DNA from: Felis catus
Lineage: Eukaryota
NCBI RefSeq assembly: GCF_018350175.1
Contig: NC_058369.1
Location: 22,384,001-22,448,000 of the forward strand
Direction of reading: 5' to 3'
DNA length: 64,000 nt
The notes under the pieces were generated by a model, which saw only the letters and a list, made by a program, of their open reading frames with translations, was not told where the DNA came from and searched no databases. Position numbers and translations under genes: made by a program. Position 1 is the first letter of the stretch. Each line of letters begins with the position of its first letter. Of this stretch, positions 1 to 12,610 are shown one piece after another.

Positions 1-16
1 AAATAGTACACGAGAA

Positions 17-1050
17 AGACATCAGCAAAAATAGTGGAGCAAGAATCTCCAAAGACTATCTTCTCCATAAAAGCAGTGAGACAACTGGCAAAAATGGGCA
101 GAATCACCTTTTCAGAACTGTGTAAATGAACCAAAAGCTTGCAACATTTGGGAGAACATTTTTTCATTTTTTGTTTGGAGAGCATTTGATCAAGAAAAAT
201 GGCCGAATCTTGGTAATAGCAGTCTTTCTGGCATGTTAACTTGTCCTATCCCCCTTCCCTTCTCCAGGGCTGCAGTAGTCTTGAGAGCCCTCAGCCTGAC
301 CACCACCAGAGGGGCAGAATGGGCTTGGTGCATCACTAAAACCTCATTAATAGGAAATTGTCATTATTTGACCTGTCTGGAGATTCCCTTTCAGACACCA
401 ACTGCAAGGCTGCCAGAACTCACAAAGTGTACAAAAGACTTTTCCCAGGGACATTTGTTTGAAAACAATTAAAAGCAATGGATTAACTTTGTGACCACCT
501 GAGGCAGCAAGTAACAGTTGGGACAAACGATAGGCTACCCAAAAACTTAAAAGGAAAAACTGGGTAATGAGATGACCATAGGGACTTTGAAAAGCTCTAA
601 CATGTTCTTGGGAATCTAAAAGGTCACCTGTACGAATAGGATCGTGCTCATGCCTAGGGATAACTGCATGCTCAAGAAAGACCCCAGAAGGCCCTAAGTG
701 CTCAACCCTGGCTGGCCTTGAGACTCCGCACAAGCAGGAAGTAAAGGGCAAGGTAGAATCGCCAATTGCCGGACTGAACATTGAAGGCGTGCTCGAACAA
801 ACAGAGTCCTTCAGCACTGTGGGAAACCTATTGGTTCCAAACACTGAAAGAAATCTCTAACCGCTAAGCCAACTGAGCAGGGACTTCAATGACTACACGT
901 GACAAAGAATACAGCCTTTATAGAATTTCTTCTGAAAAGTTACTAAACAAACTACAAACAACAACAACATATGAGAGGAGGGAGAAGAGCCTTATTTGTG
1001 AGGTTGCCACTTTATGTTATTTGAAATGTCTAGTTTTCAACAAAAAAATT
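17..1050 (+). mobile_element. Old L1 (L1M-type) 5' region fragment
   Basis: Starts GACATCAGCAAAAATAGTGGAGCAAGAATCTCC, resembling old L1M 5' ends; no intact ORF. Confidence 0.6.
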
Positions 1051-1395
1051 GGTGACTTATGGCCATGTTTAACCTGCAAGCTCTACAGAATAAAAATTCA
1101 CAGGCCAACACATCCAGACAATTTATTTTATATCTGAACAATTAGAGATACAAAGTGTTTTGTGGGCAGTTGGAATCTGCTTAATGCCATGGGATCCGAT
1201 GACTATTTGGCAGATTCATTATTAGGGTTATGTTAAAATCAAATTCAAATCAGCACATTTATTGTACATCTATTATGTGTGAGACAGTATGTTCTAGTTC
1301 AAAACTGATTTTGCTGAGGCTAAAAAGGAAAGAGAGTAAAAGGAAAATTAGGAATGTCATATCTTGAAATGTATCACAAATGATAGGTTTAGAAG

Positions 1396-1524
1396 TTTTA
1401 TTTTTATTTATTTATTTATTTAAAATAGGTTTCATGCCCAGCCCAGAGCCCAACATGGGCCTTAAACTCATGACACTGAGATCAAGAGTCAGGTGCTTAA
1501 AGGACTGAGCCACCCAGGTGCCCC
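1396..1524 (-). mobile_element. CanSINE (SINEC), internally deleted
   Basis: Reverse complement of the GGGGCACCTGGGTGGCTCAGT head plus a (TTTA)n tail. Confidence 0.9.
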
Positions 1525-1947
1525 AAAATTCATGTTTAAGTCCTAACCCCCAGTACCTCAGAATGTGACCCTATTTGGAGATATGGTCTTTACAGAGTGA
1601 ATCAAGTTACAGAGTGAATCAATGATAGGTCATTAGAGTAGGGTCTAATTTAATATGACTGGTGCCCATACATAAAGGGGGGATCTGGGCACAGAGATAT
1701 ACATAGAAGGAAGATGATATGGAGATATATATGAAGAACATGGCCATCACAAGCTAATGAGGAAGGCATAGAACAGATCCTTCTCTCAAAAGAAACCAGC
1801 CCCGCTGATGCTCTAATTTTGGACTTTTTGCTTCCAAAACTGTGAGACAGTAAATTTCTGTTGTTTAAGACACCCTTCCCCCTGTCCCCCCCCTACCCCC
1901 CCGCCATTCGTGATACTTTGTTGTGGCACCACTGGCAGACTAACTCA
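1525..1947 (+). mobile_element. MLT1B-like MaLR LTR
   Basis: GTCCTAACCCCCAGTACCTCAGAATGTGACCCTATTTGGAGAT and TAAATTTCTGTTGTTTAAG are MLT1 hallmarks. Confidence 0.85.
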
Positions 1948-2024
1948 TTACTTACCAGATATTTTTTGAAGCCACCCAACTCTTCAACAAAAGCTCTAGA
2001 AGACTATAGAAATGGGAGTATTTT

Positions 2025-2240
2025 GGGTTCCTGGGTGGCTCAGTAAGTTAAGCATCTGACTGGCTCAGGTCATGATCTCATGGTTTATGAGTTTGAGCCC
2101 CACATCGTGTGAGTTCAAGCCCCATTTTGGGTGAAAACGAGCCCTGCTTTGGGTGATCCCTGCTTCTCTGTCTCTGTCTCTCTGTCTCTCTCTCCCTCTC
2201 CCTCCCTCGCTCATTTGCGCCCCCTCTCTCTCAAAAACAA
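2025..2240 (+). mobile_element. CanSINE variant with internal repeats
   Basis: SINE head, (CT)n linker, A tail; degenerate TSD aatgggagtatttt/aataggaatatttt. Confidence 0.9.
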
Positions 2241-2293
2241 AATAGGAATATTTTGTGACAATTTTCGTTTTGCTGTTTTTAAAGTTGACAAGA

Positions 2294-2478
2294 GAGGCAC
2301 CTGGGTGGCTCAGTCGGTTGAGCGTCCGACTTTGGCTGAGGTCATGATCTCATGATTTGTGAGTTCGAGCCCCATGTCGATGTCAAAGGAGCCTCCTTTG
2401 AATTGTGTCTCCCTCTCTCTTGGCCCCTCCCTCACTCACACTCTGTCTCTCAAAAATGAATAAACGTAAAAAAAAAAT
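2294..2478 (+). mobile_element. CanSINE
   Basis: SINE head and A tail; TSD aaagtt(g/c)acaaga at 2281-2293 and 2479-2491. Confidence 0.95.
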
Positions 2479-3858
2479 AAAGTTCACAAGAATTTGCAGA
2501 TTATTTCTATGTCATGCATCTTTTCTTAACGGAGATCTACTTTGATTCGAAGAGCAAATAAATACTGCACTTGCCTCATTTCTTTCCGTTATTTGAAAAC
2601 AGTCCTATGACGTAATGCTGTCAGCTAAGTTTTCACTTGCATGTGTCTTGCTCAAAGGGAAACTCACTTTTGATGTTGTTCTACTTACGGCTCATCAAAG
2701 GTTTCAGGGCATCTGTATATCATGGTTCTCGGCAGAATTCACCTGCAATGTAGCTGAGGTCTGAAAGCCATCTTCCTCATAGTGCCTTGCAGACTGATTT
2801 GTAGGTTGCTGAATGTAGCTAAATTGAAAACTGCTCTATTTGAAAGGAAATGGATGTCGTCAATCCTTCCAGAATACCAAAAGCTACAGAACAGATTGTC
2901 ACAAAATATAATGACTGCCTAGACAACCACCTGTAAGAATGACAGCAAGTATAGCCTGCTGAATTTTAATCATCCACTTGGCGTATTTGCTATGGAATCA
3001 TTTAATTTTGATAGCCACTTTTTTCATTTCACAGCCTAATAACTTGCATAGAGAAAGAGAGGCCTTCCAGCCTTGTGGAATCTCTCCATGATACTTTTAT
3101 TAAATTGTGGCCCATTTTGTACTGTATTCCTCAGAGAACAGACAGACAGACAGGAAGAAATTAGCCAGTTCCAGATGGTTATATGACTCACTTGGTTGGC
3201 TATAGCAGTGAGCTTTTGAGTCTCCCATTTCCAGGTTCTGAATTGGGTCTCCAAAACTTTTTTGGTGTACCTGTCTCCTGAATTCCTAAATTAGCCCAGC
3301 GGCACATGCATTTGGGGAGAATGGGGGTGGGTGGGTTTGTCACATCCTTTCAAATGTTATCAAGATTATTATCAAAGCTACAGAGGTAACTTCACTTGTA
3401 GGATGACATGACATTTTTATGCAGTCACTAAGAGTATCCAATCTTAGGTTGAAATGCCCAGGCTGAGGCCATGGAATGTGAATGCTGTTTGCTGTGCGGA
3501 TGAGTGACGTGGGGGTACAGATACACGTTGACATCTCTTGGGAAGACTGGGGACAGGACTAGGAGGCAGATAGGGGAGTTTTCCCATATTATCCTATATG
3601 TTTCAATTTGTTTTGATTTTTTTTTGAAAATGAGAGTATTTGTGTTATTTGAAAATGAATATTTGAAAATGAGAGTTTTATCAATGGAGATAAAAATATA
3701 AATCATGAACTAAAATGAAAACAAAACCAAACTACTTGGGTAATTAACACCAAACATTTTAAAGATGCTTTTGGGAAAATTAGTGGGTGTGGACTAATGA
3801 ACAGAAACAAAATTTTCTCATTTTCTCTTTCATGATTCTCATGTTATGCTTAAAAAGG

Positions 3859-4078
3859 TTTTTTTTTTTTAATTCTTATGTATATTTGAGAGAGAGAGAG
3901 AGAGAGAGAGAGAAAATAAGAAGGGAGGGGCAGAGAGAGCGGGAGACAGAATCTGAAGCAGGCTCCAGGCTCTGGGCTGTCAGCACAGAGCCCAAAATGG
4001 GGCTCGGACTCACGAACGGTGAGATCATGACCTGAGCCAAAGTTGGATGCTTAACCAACTGAGCCACCCAGTCGCCCC
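3859..4078 (-). mobile_element. CanSINE
   Basis: Poly-T, (GA)n, reverse-complement head; degenerate TSD tcatgtta..ctt. Confidence 0.95.
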
Positions 4079-4235
4079 TCATGTTACACTTTTTGAAATG
4101 CTGTCCCCACAATCCATAAAAAAAAAATAACAGTAGTCTGCACTAACTGAACACTGAATATGTTGGACATGGTGATGTCTTCACCTTCAGTCCTCACCAG
4201 AATCCTAAGGAGGAGAAAGGGTGAATGTCAGAGAG

Positions 4236-4707
4236 TTAACCACACAGGTATTATTGTTAGGAATATGCCATAAATACCAAACTCCACAAAACATCATTTG
4301 GATGTAGTGTCCTTTCATTGGATTCACTATCCATTTGATGGACTGTTCAAACAGAAGTAGACATAATTTTTTACCCCCTTTTAGTCATTCTGTTGCTGCT
4401 AGAACATAAATCTCTGATGGTCACATTGTGATATCTTTCAATACACCTGTAGAAATAGCTGATGTTTTGGAGTCTTGGCTTGAAGATCATGCCAGGCTAG
4501 AAGAAAAAAAATGTCAAGATGTATTCAGAAGTGAATTTAGTAATATATGATATTCTGAAATAGACTGAACTATCCCACATAGTAAATTCTTCAGATAACT
4601 GATAGTCAAGCATCAGAGCCTTTAAAGATTTATTCTTTTTATTATTATAAGTCTTTTGAAATTATTTATAATGCCTTGTGGCAAACAGTATACTACTTGT
4701 AATTTAA
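4236..4707 (+). mobile_element. Putative non-autonomous piggyBac-like DNA transposon
   Basis: Bounded by TTAA at 4236-4239 and 4704-4707 with imperfect inverted ends; interior encodes a decayed Ser/Asp/Glu-rich stretch. Confidence 0.4.
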
Positions 4708-4789
4708 TCTTGATAACACAAGCTTATCATTATGAACACCCATTATTGTTCTGTGCCAGAATGTGAAATAATGTAATTATTTTAGAAAG

Positions 4790-5050
4790 CTCTTTTAATG
4801 AATACCTATAATTGGATTTGGTCCTTTTCAAAATAGTTATCTTGTGAGCTTTTATACTATTCTGATAATGCTGTTACTGTGTGCAACATGTTTGAAACTC
4901 TTCCTTCCGAATGTCCTACTTAGCTTTAGTCATATTGCTTCTGATTTCCTTAGTGGGGGAATGATCTCATCTGTTGAAGATAAATTTGATTTGGGAAGTA
5001 CATTGTAGTCACTTGGAATCAAGTCTAAGTTACCATCTGAGGTCAGAAAC
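4790..5050 (-). mobile_element. MARNA (mariner) fragment
   Basis: TTTTCAAAATAGTTATCTTG...TGATTTGGGAAG...GTCACTTGGAATCAAGTCT resembles the antisense mariner transposase 3' end. Confidence 0.65.
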
Positions 5051-5329
5051 ACTGTGATTATAAGGAATGCAGTTGGTTACTTGCCTTAGGTATTTGTATT
5101 TTTACTTGCTTCTACTTTTGATATCTTCATTTGAGATCTTTCTTTTTATTAAAAAAAAAGTAGATGCATTTCTTCACATTCTGGAACAGAAGAATGATGC
5201 GTGACTATAATGATAAACTAGGGGTGAGCCTTTAGGAAATAAATGAATAGAGGGTTTTTAGGAGGTTTTTCTGTGTGTTGGGACTTAAACTGTCCCTCCC
5301 AAAAGACCTCCAATAAAGACTCATACAAG

Positions 5330-6930
5330 TTTTCCCCAACATTTTATGATGAACATTTTTAAATGTATAGAAAAGCCTAAAGACCGTTTGGTGAACACTC
5401 ATATATCTACTCCCTAGTTTCAACTGTTCACATTTTATTATACTTACTTTATCTCTCCATCAATCCATGCCTGTACCCATCCATCAGTATTTCATTTTTT
5501 TTTTTATTCATTTCAAACTTCCAACTTTGTTCTTCCTTTTCAAGGTTTCTTTGGATATTCTAGGCCCTTTCCATTTCTATGTACATTTTAGATTCAGTTT
5601 TTCAATTTCTACAAAAAAAAAAATTTGCTGGAAGTATAATTGAAATCGTGTTAAATCTATAGATCAATGTGGGGAGAATTCACATGCTAATAATAGTGAA
5701 TCATCTAATCTGTTGAACATGGTATCATTTTCATTAAATTCTCTCAGAATATGTCATGGTTTTCAGTATGGAGATCTTACACATCTTTTGTTAAATTGAT
5801 CACTATGCATCTATTTCTTTAAAAATAGCATTGGTAATGGAATTGTTTTAAAGTTTTATTTTTCAGTTACATATAAAAATGCGATTAATTTTTGTACATT
5901 AATTTTGGATGCTGCAATCTTGCTAAATTCACTTATTCATTGTAGTTGTTTGGTAGATTCCTTAGAATTTCCTAATTTACATACAGGGGAAGAAACCTTC
6001 CTTCTACTCTCTTAGGTTCCATGCTGGACCTAAGAATTGAACTACATAAGACAGATTAATAGGAAAAAAATGCACATTTTGTTTGATACGTTGACATGTT
6101 TACAAGTGTCTTTGGAAGGAAAATGAAGACCTGAGGAAGCCATTAGGACCCAAAGCTTATATATCTTTTTAAACAAAAATAATGAATTGTGGGGATGTGA
6201 AAAAACAGAGGGACTTGGTCAAGGGACAGTAAGTTGTGGAACAGTGACTAAGGAATATTTAGGGGAAGCTATTGGGAGATAAGGTTTATTTTAGTAGGTT
6301 TTTAGTATTGACCCATCCCAGTGTCTGGTGATAGGAATGTTTTCTTTCTGGTGCAGTGAGGTCTCACCGGAAATTTTATAACCTGCTTTTAGGTAGAAAG
6401 GGGGAGGTCAAAGAACCCTTCCTGCATCTGTTGTTTCTCAAATGCCTTCGGCTCAAAATAGTCAAGATGCCAAAGTGGCACATTCTGGGGTGGCACATTC
6501 TGAACTCCTTCATAAACAAGCCTGTTCTGTAGAGATAATTTTCCTTTTCAATCTGTGCCTTTTCATTTCTTTTCCCCTGCCTTATTGCACTGGCTATGAC
6601 CGCTGGTACATTGGTGAATAGTTGTGGTGAGAGGCGGCATCCTTACTTTGTTCACAATCTTAGCATTCAGTATTTCACCATTAAGAATGATCTTTGCTGT
6701 AGTTTTTTCTTACATATACCTTATTAGATTGAGAAAGTGAACTTCTGTTCCCAGTTTTCTGAGCTGTTAAAAAAATCATGAGTTTTGTCGAGTGCTTTTT
6801 CTACATACGTTGAAATGATTATATGGATTTTCTCTCTTATTATCTTAATATTCTGAATTACATTGATTAATTTTTGTACGTTAAGACAACCTTGCATCTT
6901 GAACCAAACTCCGTATTCAAATATTTCATA
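5330..6930 (-). mobile_element. Old L1 (L1M) ORF2/3' fragments, interrupted by an LTR
   Basis: Antisense L1 text (aaatctatagatcaatgtggggagaatt); minus ORF 6724-6933 has L1 RT-like MQG..N..K.INVI...H.IIS...EKA.DK. Confidence 0.85.
5982..6512 (-). mobile_element. ERV1 solo LTR, MER34-like
   Basis: Minus strand starts TGAAGGAGTTCAGAATGTGCCACCCC; 4-bp TSD taca/taaa. Confidence 0.75.
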
Positions 6931-6944
6931 CAATTCACAAGTCT

Positions 6945-7419
6945 ATTATGAAAAGAGATTTCAAAATAGAGCAAGCAAACCTAGCTAATTGTCTCTTAAG
7001 ATAGGGTCAGGAGGCCATAGGGGAGGAGGGGATTTTGCCCATCCTCCGCAGAGGAACCGTGAACTTGTTGCCAGCTGCAAGCCCTCAGCCTGGACTTACC
7101 TCCCTCCTCACCATGACCCCTGAATCTTAGGCATTCTGTTGGGCTGGCTTCTTTCACACTTAACTTGGAAAAGAGCTAATGTGATTCCACAACTTTCAGT
7201 CCTTCATTTGCATATCAACCCAACCAATCCCAGTTAACTGAGTTTCAATCCCTATTTCCCATAGGCAACTTCTTACCTCTATAACTCTACTTCTTCTTTG
7301 TCTTCCTTGGAGCAGGAGTCAGGTTTCTACCTGAATCCCTGTCTCCTGAATTGCAATTCTAATTGCCCAAATAAGTGCCTGTTTGCTTAAATTTTCAGTG
7401 AATTCTTTCTCGGTTGACA
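6945..7419 (+). mobile_element. ERV-type solo LTR, family unassigned
   Basis: CCAAT, TATAA and AATAAG in LTR order; ends GGTTGACA. Confidence 0.55.
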
Positions 7420-7519
7420 CAGTCTTCAACTTCCGAGCACAGATTTGTCTGTTTTTATAAATAATTAAAAGTTCAGTTGAGTAGCCTGTACTTGACAAAA
7501 TTTACTGAGGAAGGTTTTT

Positions 7520-7752
7520 ATTTTTAATTTTTAAAATTTTTCTTTTTTAATGTTTGTTTATGTTTGAAAGAGAGAGACAGACCGAGCACAAGTGGGGGAG
7601 GGGCAGAGAGAGAGGGAGACACAGAATCCGAAGGAGGCTCCAGGCTCTGAGCTGTCAGCACAAAGCCTGACATGGGGGCTCAAATCCAGGAACCTGAGAT
7701 AGTGACCTGAGCCAAAGTGGATTGTTTAACTGACTGAGCCTCCCAGGCACCC
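7520..7752 (-). mobile_element. CanSINE
   Basis: TSD tactgaggaaggttttt on both sides. Confidence 0.95.
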
Positions 7753-7824
7753 TACTGAGGAAGGTTTTTAAAAAAACTATCCCGGAGTACTTAAAGGTGG
7801 AACCTGAGGAGGACCGTGAGGGAG

Positions 7825-8617
7825 TGTGATATAATAACAAATAAATACTTGATCAAAATGCTCAGTTGCTGGCACACAGCTCCTAAAACTTATAGAATCT
7901 CAGGAATGACAAGAGTGTCTTTTGTATGCTAATGAAATGATTGGTGACTGGGGGCTTTTAGATCCTACTGGGATGAGGGCTGGTCATCACCCCCAGAAAT
8001 ACTAGGCATGATGTGAAGATTGGAGCTTTTAGTCCCATTCCCTGATCTCTGGGGAGATGACAGGGGCTAAATAATTGAGCACAATTACTGATGGCCAATG
8101 ATAGCCAACAATTGATAAATTAGTTGTGCCTATGTATTAGAACCTCCATAAACTCCCTAAAAGATGGGGTTCAGTGAATCTGCCTGCTTGCTGGGAGGGT
8201 GGCATGCCCCAACTCCATGGGACAGGAGCTCCTGTGCTCCAGACCCTTCTAGACCTGGCCATACGTACCCCTTTATCTGGCTGTTCATTTATAATATATT
8301 AAAAAGGCTGTATCCTTTATAATATCCTTTATAATGAACTGGTAATAGTAAGAAAAGTGTTTCCTGAGTTCTGTGAGACGTTCTGGTGAGTTACCGAAAC
8401 TGAGAAGAGGTTGTGGGAACCCCTGAATGTGTTGCCAGTTGGTTGGAAGTGAAAACACAGGACTTGTGACTGGCATCTGAAGTGGGGGCAGTCTTGCAGG
8501 ACTGAGCCCTTTACCTGTGGGGTCTGATGCTGTCTCCAGGTAGATAGTGTTAGAATTGAATTGGATGCAGATAGCTGGAGAAGTGTTGAAAAGACACCAT
8601 GCATTTGGTGTTAGAAC
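7825..8617 (+). mobile_element. MER21-like LTR
   Basis: Starts TGTGATATAATAAC...CTGGCACACAGCTCCTAAAAC; GACTGAGCCCTTTACCTGTGGGGTCTGATGC near the 3' end. Confidence 0.8.
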
Positions 8618-8683
8618 TGCTGTGAATAACCACAGTCTGGAGGTGACAAAGGGTCTTGGGTTCCTCCTACCTTTCCCCTCATT

Positions 8684-8907
8684 TTATAAATAAGTAAATA
8701 AACAAACAAATAGAGTGTGTGTGCCCTTGAGCAGGGGAGGGTGAAAGGGAGAGAGATAGAGAGAGAGAGAATATCTTTTTTTTTTTTTTTTTTTTAATGA
8801 GAGAGAGAATCTTAAGCAGGCATGGAGCCTGATGTGGGGCTTGATCTCATGACCATGAGATAATGACCTGAGCTGGGATGCTTAACTGAGCCACGCAGGG
8901 GTTCCCC
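8684..8907 (-). mobile_element. Older CanSINE with internal poly(T) insertion
   Basis: Degenerate SINE body and head; T run at ~8776-8795. Confidence 0.85.
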
Positions 8908-9334
8908 TTTCTTCTCATTTTAATTCTCATCCCCCAAGGCTTTATTCTTTTCCCCACAACTGTGTTTGGTCCATTTTCATCAGGATCTAGACCTCAGCTA
9001 GTTGCTGTAACCATACAAAGAACTCTTGAAGTCATCCAATTTGACTCAATGTATAAATTCCCCTTCTAGCTTCTTTATAAGTCATTTGGTCTCAGCTTTA
9101 ATTTCCCTTCCTTCCTCAGAATGTTAGCAAGCTATTACCCATGTCAGGGTCATTTGCACTTAGCGTGTTTTGAAGCACTGCAGAAAGTTTTCCAGTGTCA
9201 ATGGAATGAGCTACAAAGAGATGGAAATCTGGGTAGTGATATGGGTGAAGAAGTAAACATTTGGGAGACAGAGAAGCCTTTCCAGCTTCCCTAGTATGAG
9301 ACTAAATAGGCTATTTCCTAGCCCGCCTATTCTT

Positions 9335-9564
9335 TTTTTTTTTCCTTTTAATTTTTTTTCAACGTTTTTTATTTATTTTGGGATAGAGAGAGACAGAGCA
9401 TGAACGGGGGAGGGGCAGAGAGAGAGGGAGACACAGAATCGGAAACAGGCTCCAGGCTCCGAGCCATCAGCCCAGAGCCTGACGCGGGGCTCGAACTCAC
9501 GGACCGCGAGATCGTGACCTGGCTGAAGTCGGACGCTTAACCGACTGCGCCACCCAGGCACCCC
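9335..9564 (-). mobile_element. Young felid SINEC_Fc-type SINE
   Basis: CpGs intact; perfect 16-bp TSD tagcccgcctattctt at 9319-9334 and 9565-9580. Confidence 0.97.
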
Positions 9565-9769
9565 TAGCCCGCCTATTCTTAAAGCACCCTGGCCAGCTGT
9601 GAGGCTGCTTGATTTAACTGCTTTAGGCATTCCAGTCCTTGAATGGCTGTATTTGGGCTTCTCCTGGGCCTAAAACAAATGTCATTTCTGTGGGAGAAGT
9701 GTTTTGGACAGAACAGGGCTTACTAATGTCTTCCCTCTCTGCCTTATTTAGGTCACAAAGATTTTAAAA

Positions 9770-9971
9770 CTTTTTTTTTTTTTAATGTTTATTTCTGAGA
9801 CAGAGCATGAGTGTGGGAGGGGCAGAGAGAGAGGAGACACAGAATCAGAAGCAGGCTCTAGACTCTGAGCTGTCAGCACAGAGCCCGACGTGGGACTTGA
9901 ACTCACAAACCGTAAAATCATGACCTGAGCCGCAGTCGGACTCTTAACCAACTGAGCCACCCAGGCGCCCC
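9770..9971 (-). mobile_element. CanSINE
   Basis: 20-bp direct repeat aggtcacaaagattttaaaa at 9750-9769 and 9972-9991. Confidence 0.96.
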
Positions 9972-11357
9972 AGGTCACAAAGATTTTAAAAGGAGATAAG
10001 GCTACATTTGTTATAGGCAGTGGAGGGAACAAACAAGAACTTTTAAATTGGACCTGGTGGCCCCGCCCACCCCAAGGTGCCGTGTCTATAACCTTCATGG
10101 AAATAGTTACCCAAAATACAAATTTTGTCAGGTTCCTGCTTGGGTGCTGCCCCTCTTTCTCCCACTAGGTGTCACCACACTACACAACAAATGAGAGGAA
10201 ATGCCTGGTAGACTGTGACTGGCTTCCAGACTTTATAGAGAAATGTCTGCATTTAGGTTAGCAGCACAGTGAGCGTAATTCGTTTATTTAATAAACTGTA
10301 TCTTTAAGATATGAAAATCACATAAAATCAGGCCAGAGAGTAAGTTACCTCATTCATTCACACTCTTAAAATGCCATCAGTCCTGGAAACCCAAGCAGAG
10401 GGGAGTTTACAGTCACTTACTCTATCTGTAAAAAACCTGGCTGGCTTAAATCAGCCGATGACTCTGCGAGGCTAGGTGGATCTCACCCCTCAGGATATTA
10501 AGCCTCTTTGTTGAGAGGTTGGATTACTGCTAGATCTTTTTATCACCAGAGCTGAGCTCTTGCGGCTGCTGGGGATTAGACACGATCCTTCTCCATCCAC
10601 AGTGCTTTAACATCCTTCCTCCTCCTGGCACCTCCTTTGTGGTCACTCTTCTGTGAAGGCAAAGATAAGATGCCAGAGATAAGGGAGGAGTGAACATGGC
10701 AGCCTCCGCAGCATTTCATTTCCAACACCCCAGTTGCCAAGCCATCCTGCTGGTGGTATAAAAGATCCTTCCTATTCCCTGAACATCCAGCCTCCACAGG
10801 CCAGGCCCGTGAATATCAGTTTGATCTCAAATCTAATTTAGGATATCGGGATGCTCAATGGAAACCAAAACACAGCTAATTCTGTGTATCTCACAGGATG
10901 AGTGATAAACACTTGTAAATGTATCTAAATCGAATGAAGCTTAGCTCCACTAGGCTGACCCCTTCCATCTCCAAGACAGGGCTCCCTGGGTACCATTATC
11001 CAACTTCCCATGGGTGATAATTTGACATCCAGGGGTCAAAAGCTGGTAGGCCGGTGATTACTCTGTGTTCTGCTCTTGGACAAGGACAAGATGCCGCTGA
11101 AATATCTGGCCTTCCTTTCGGTGCAAAGTTTAAAGTGTCATTTCAGCTGGGTCATCCGAGATTGCTGTAAAAATGTCCTGAAAGTATGCAAGCTCTTAGA
11201 AGGAGTACTGGGATTCAGCCACCATTATTAGCACCCAGCAGCATTCATAAGGTAACTCTCTGTATCTAATGTGGGACGGGAGGGGGTCTCAAACACGTTT
11301 TACACTAAATCGAACACCTCCTCCTCTGTACTTCTAAATGAAATCTCAGGCAGAGCC

Positions 11358-11430
11358 CGGGTTGCATGTAGAGTTGTGCACAACTCCAGGGGGTGCCGTG
11401 TGCATTGTTGTCTGCATAACCGTAGCTGGT
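11358..11430. mobile_element. MER91-like hAT-Tip100 fragment
   Basis: GTTGTGCACAACTCCAGGGGGTGCC core. Confidence 0.45.
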
Positions 11431-11749
11431 GCCTGAACAGTACCCCAACACGTGAAGCAGATAAAAGCAGTATATTGTTGATATAAAAATTGTACGTTTC
11501 ACTTTTGAACCTTCATTTTGTAGCCCATCAGTGGGAAATGGCCTTTTGATGAACATAAAAATTTGAAATCATGAGCTATGGTTGAAAATTTTATCAGCAT
11601 CAGCATCTCAGGTCATGCAGATGAGCAGGTGAATTTTTAAAGATGCTTGAGTCAAACAGATTCACATGCTCATAAATAAGAATGACAGGGATCACATATT
11701 TTGAAATTTGGGTGATCTTTGTCGAGGGGAAGACGAGAATATCTATCCA

Positions 11750-12027
11750 AAACACGTAGTGTTTAACCCAGCAATTCCACTTCTATGATGTTATCAGATG
11801 TACTCGCAAACATGAAAAATGATCTATAGACAGAATTATTCATGGCTGCATTATAGGTAACAGCAAAAGATTGGAAGCAACCTAAATATCCAATAAAGGA
11901 TGTATCACACAATGGAAAATTTGGCAGCCCTCACAGGCAACGAGGAAGCTGTATGTATGGGGTGGTCTCCCAGGGTCCCAAGAGAGGAGCAAGGTGCAGA
12001 AATGTGTGGGTAATGTTACCTCGAATA

Positions 12028-12088
<61 letters not shown>

Positions 12089-12260
12089 TTACCTGCTTGT
12101 ATATGCATGAGAAATTTCTGGAAAGATATCCAAGAAACTAATAGCATTGTTTTTTTCCAGGGCAAAATGCTCACTGCATGGACAGAGATAGAAGACACTT
12201 ATTGCATACCTTTTGTGCCTTCTGAATTTTGAACTACATGAATGTATTCCCTAACTCAAT
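11750..12260 (+). mobile_element. Old L1ME-type 3' fragment
   Basis: acccagcaattccacttct and ttggaagcaacctaaatatcca L1 3' motifs. Confidence 0.75.
12028..12086. repeat. (CT)n(GT)n compound microsatellite
   Basis: Read directly from the sequence. Confidence 0.97.
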
Positions 12261-12429
12261 AATAGTAATATTTAAATGGTGAGATCTCCCTTGCACCACC
12301 CCCCCTTCCCAAAAGAGAAAACCTCACCCAAGATGTATGATAATCACTGTAGCAGTCTAACATACAGTATTCTCACAGAGTGGTCAACTCATTGCTGATT
12401 CACTTGGGTGGCACAGCTTCATGATTAAC

Positions 12430-12610
12430 ATGACAGTATAATTTAGTGCTGGGGTTAAATTTTGCCTCTGTTACTTATTAGTTGTGTGACCTAGGGCAGA
12501 TCTATGTAACTTCTCTGTGCCTCAGTTCTTTGTTTAATAGATGATGATAAATCCTACTTTGAAGGGTTATTGAGAGGAATTGATGAGTTAGGCTCTGTTA
12601 AGTGTTGAAA
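12430..12610 (+). mobile_element. MIR
   Basis: tgtgtgacctagggcag...aacttctctgtgcctcagtt core. Confidence 0.8.

Noticed and set aside
347..844. 165-aa minus-strand ORF
   Set aside because: Antisense to an old L1 5' region
1590..1622. Short tandem duplication ttacagagtgaatcaa
   Set aside because: Ordinary slippage duplication inside an MLT1 LTR
9480..9564. tRNA-like A/B-box sequences
   Set aside because: tRNA-derived SINE heads followed by SINE body, tail and TSD; not tRNA genes
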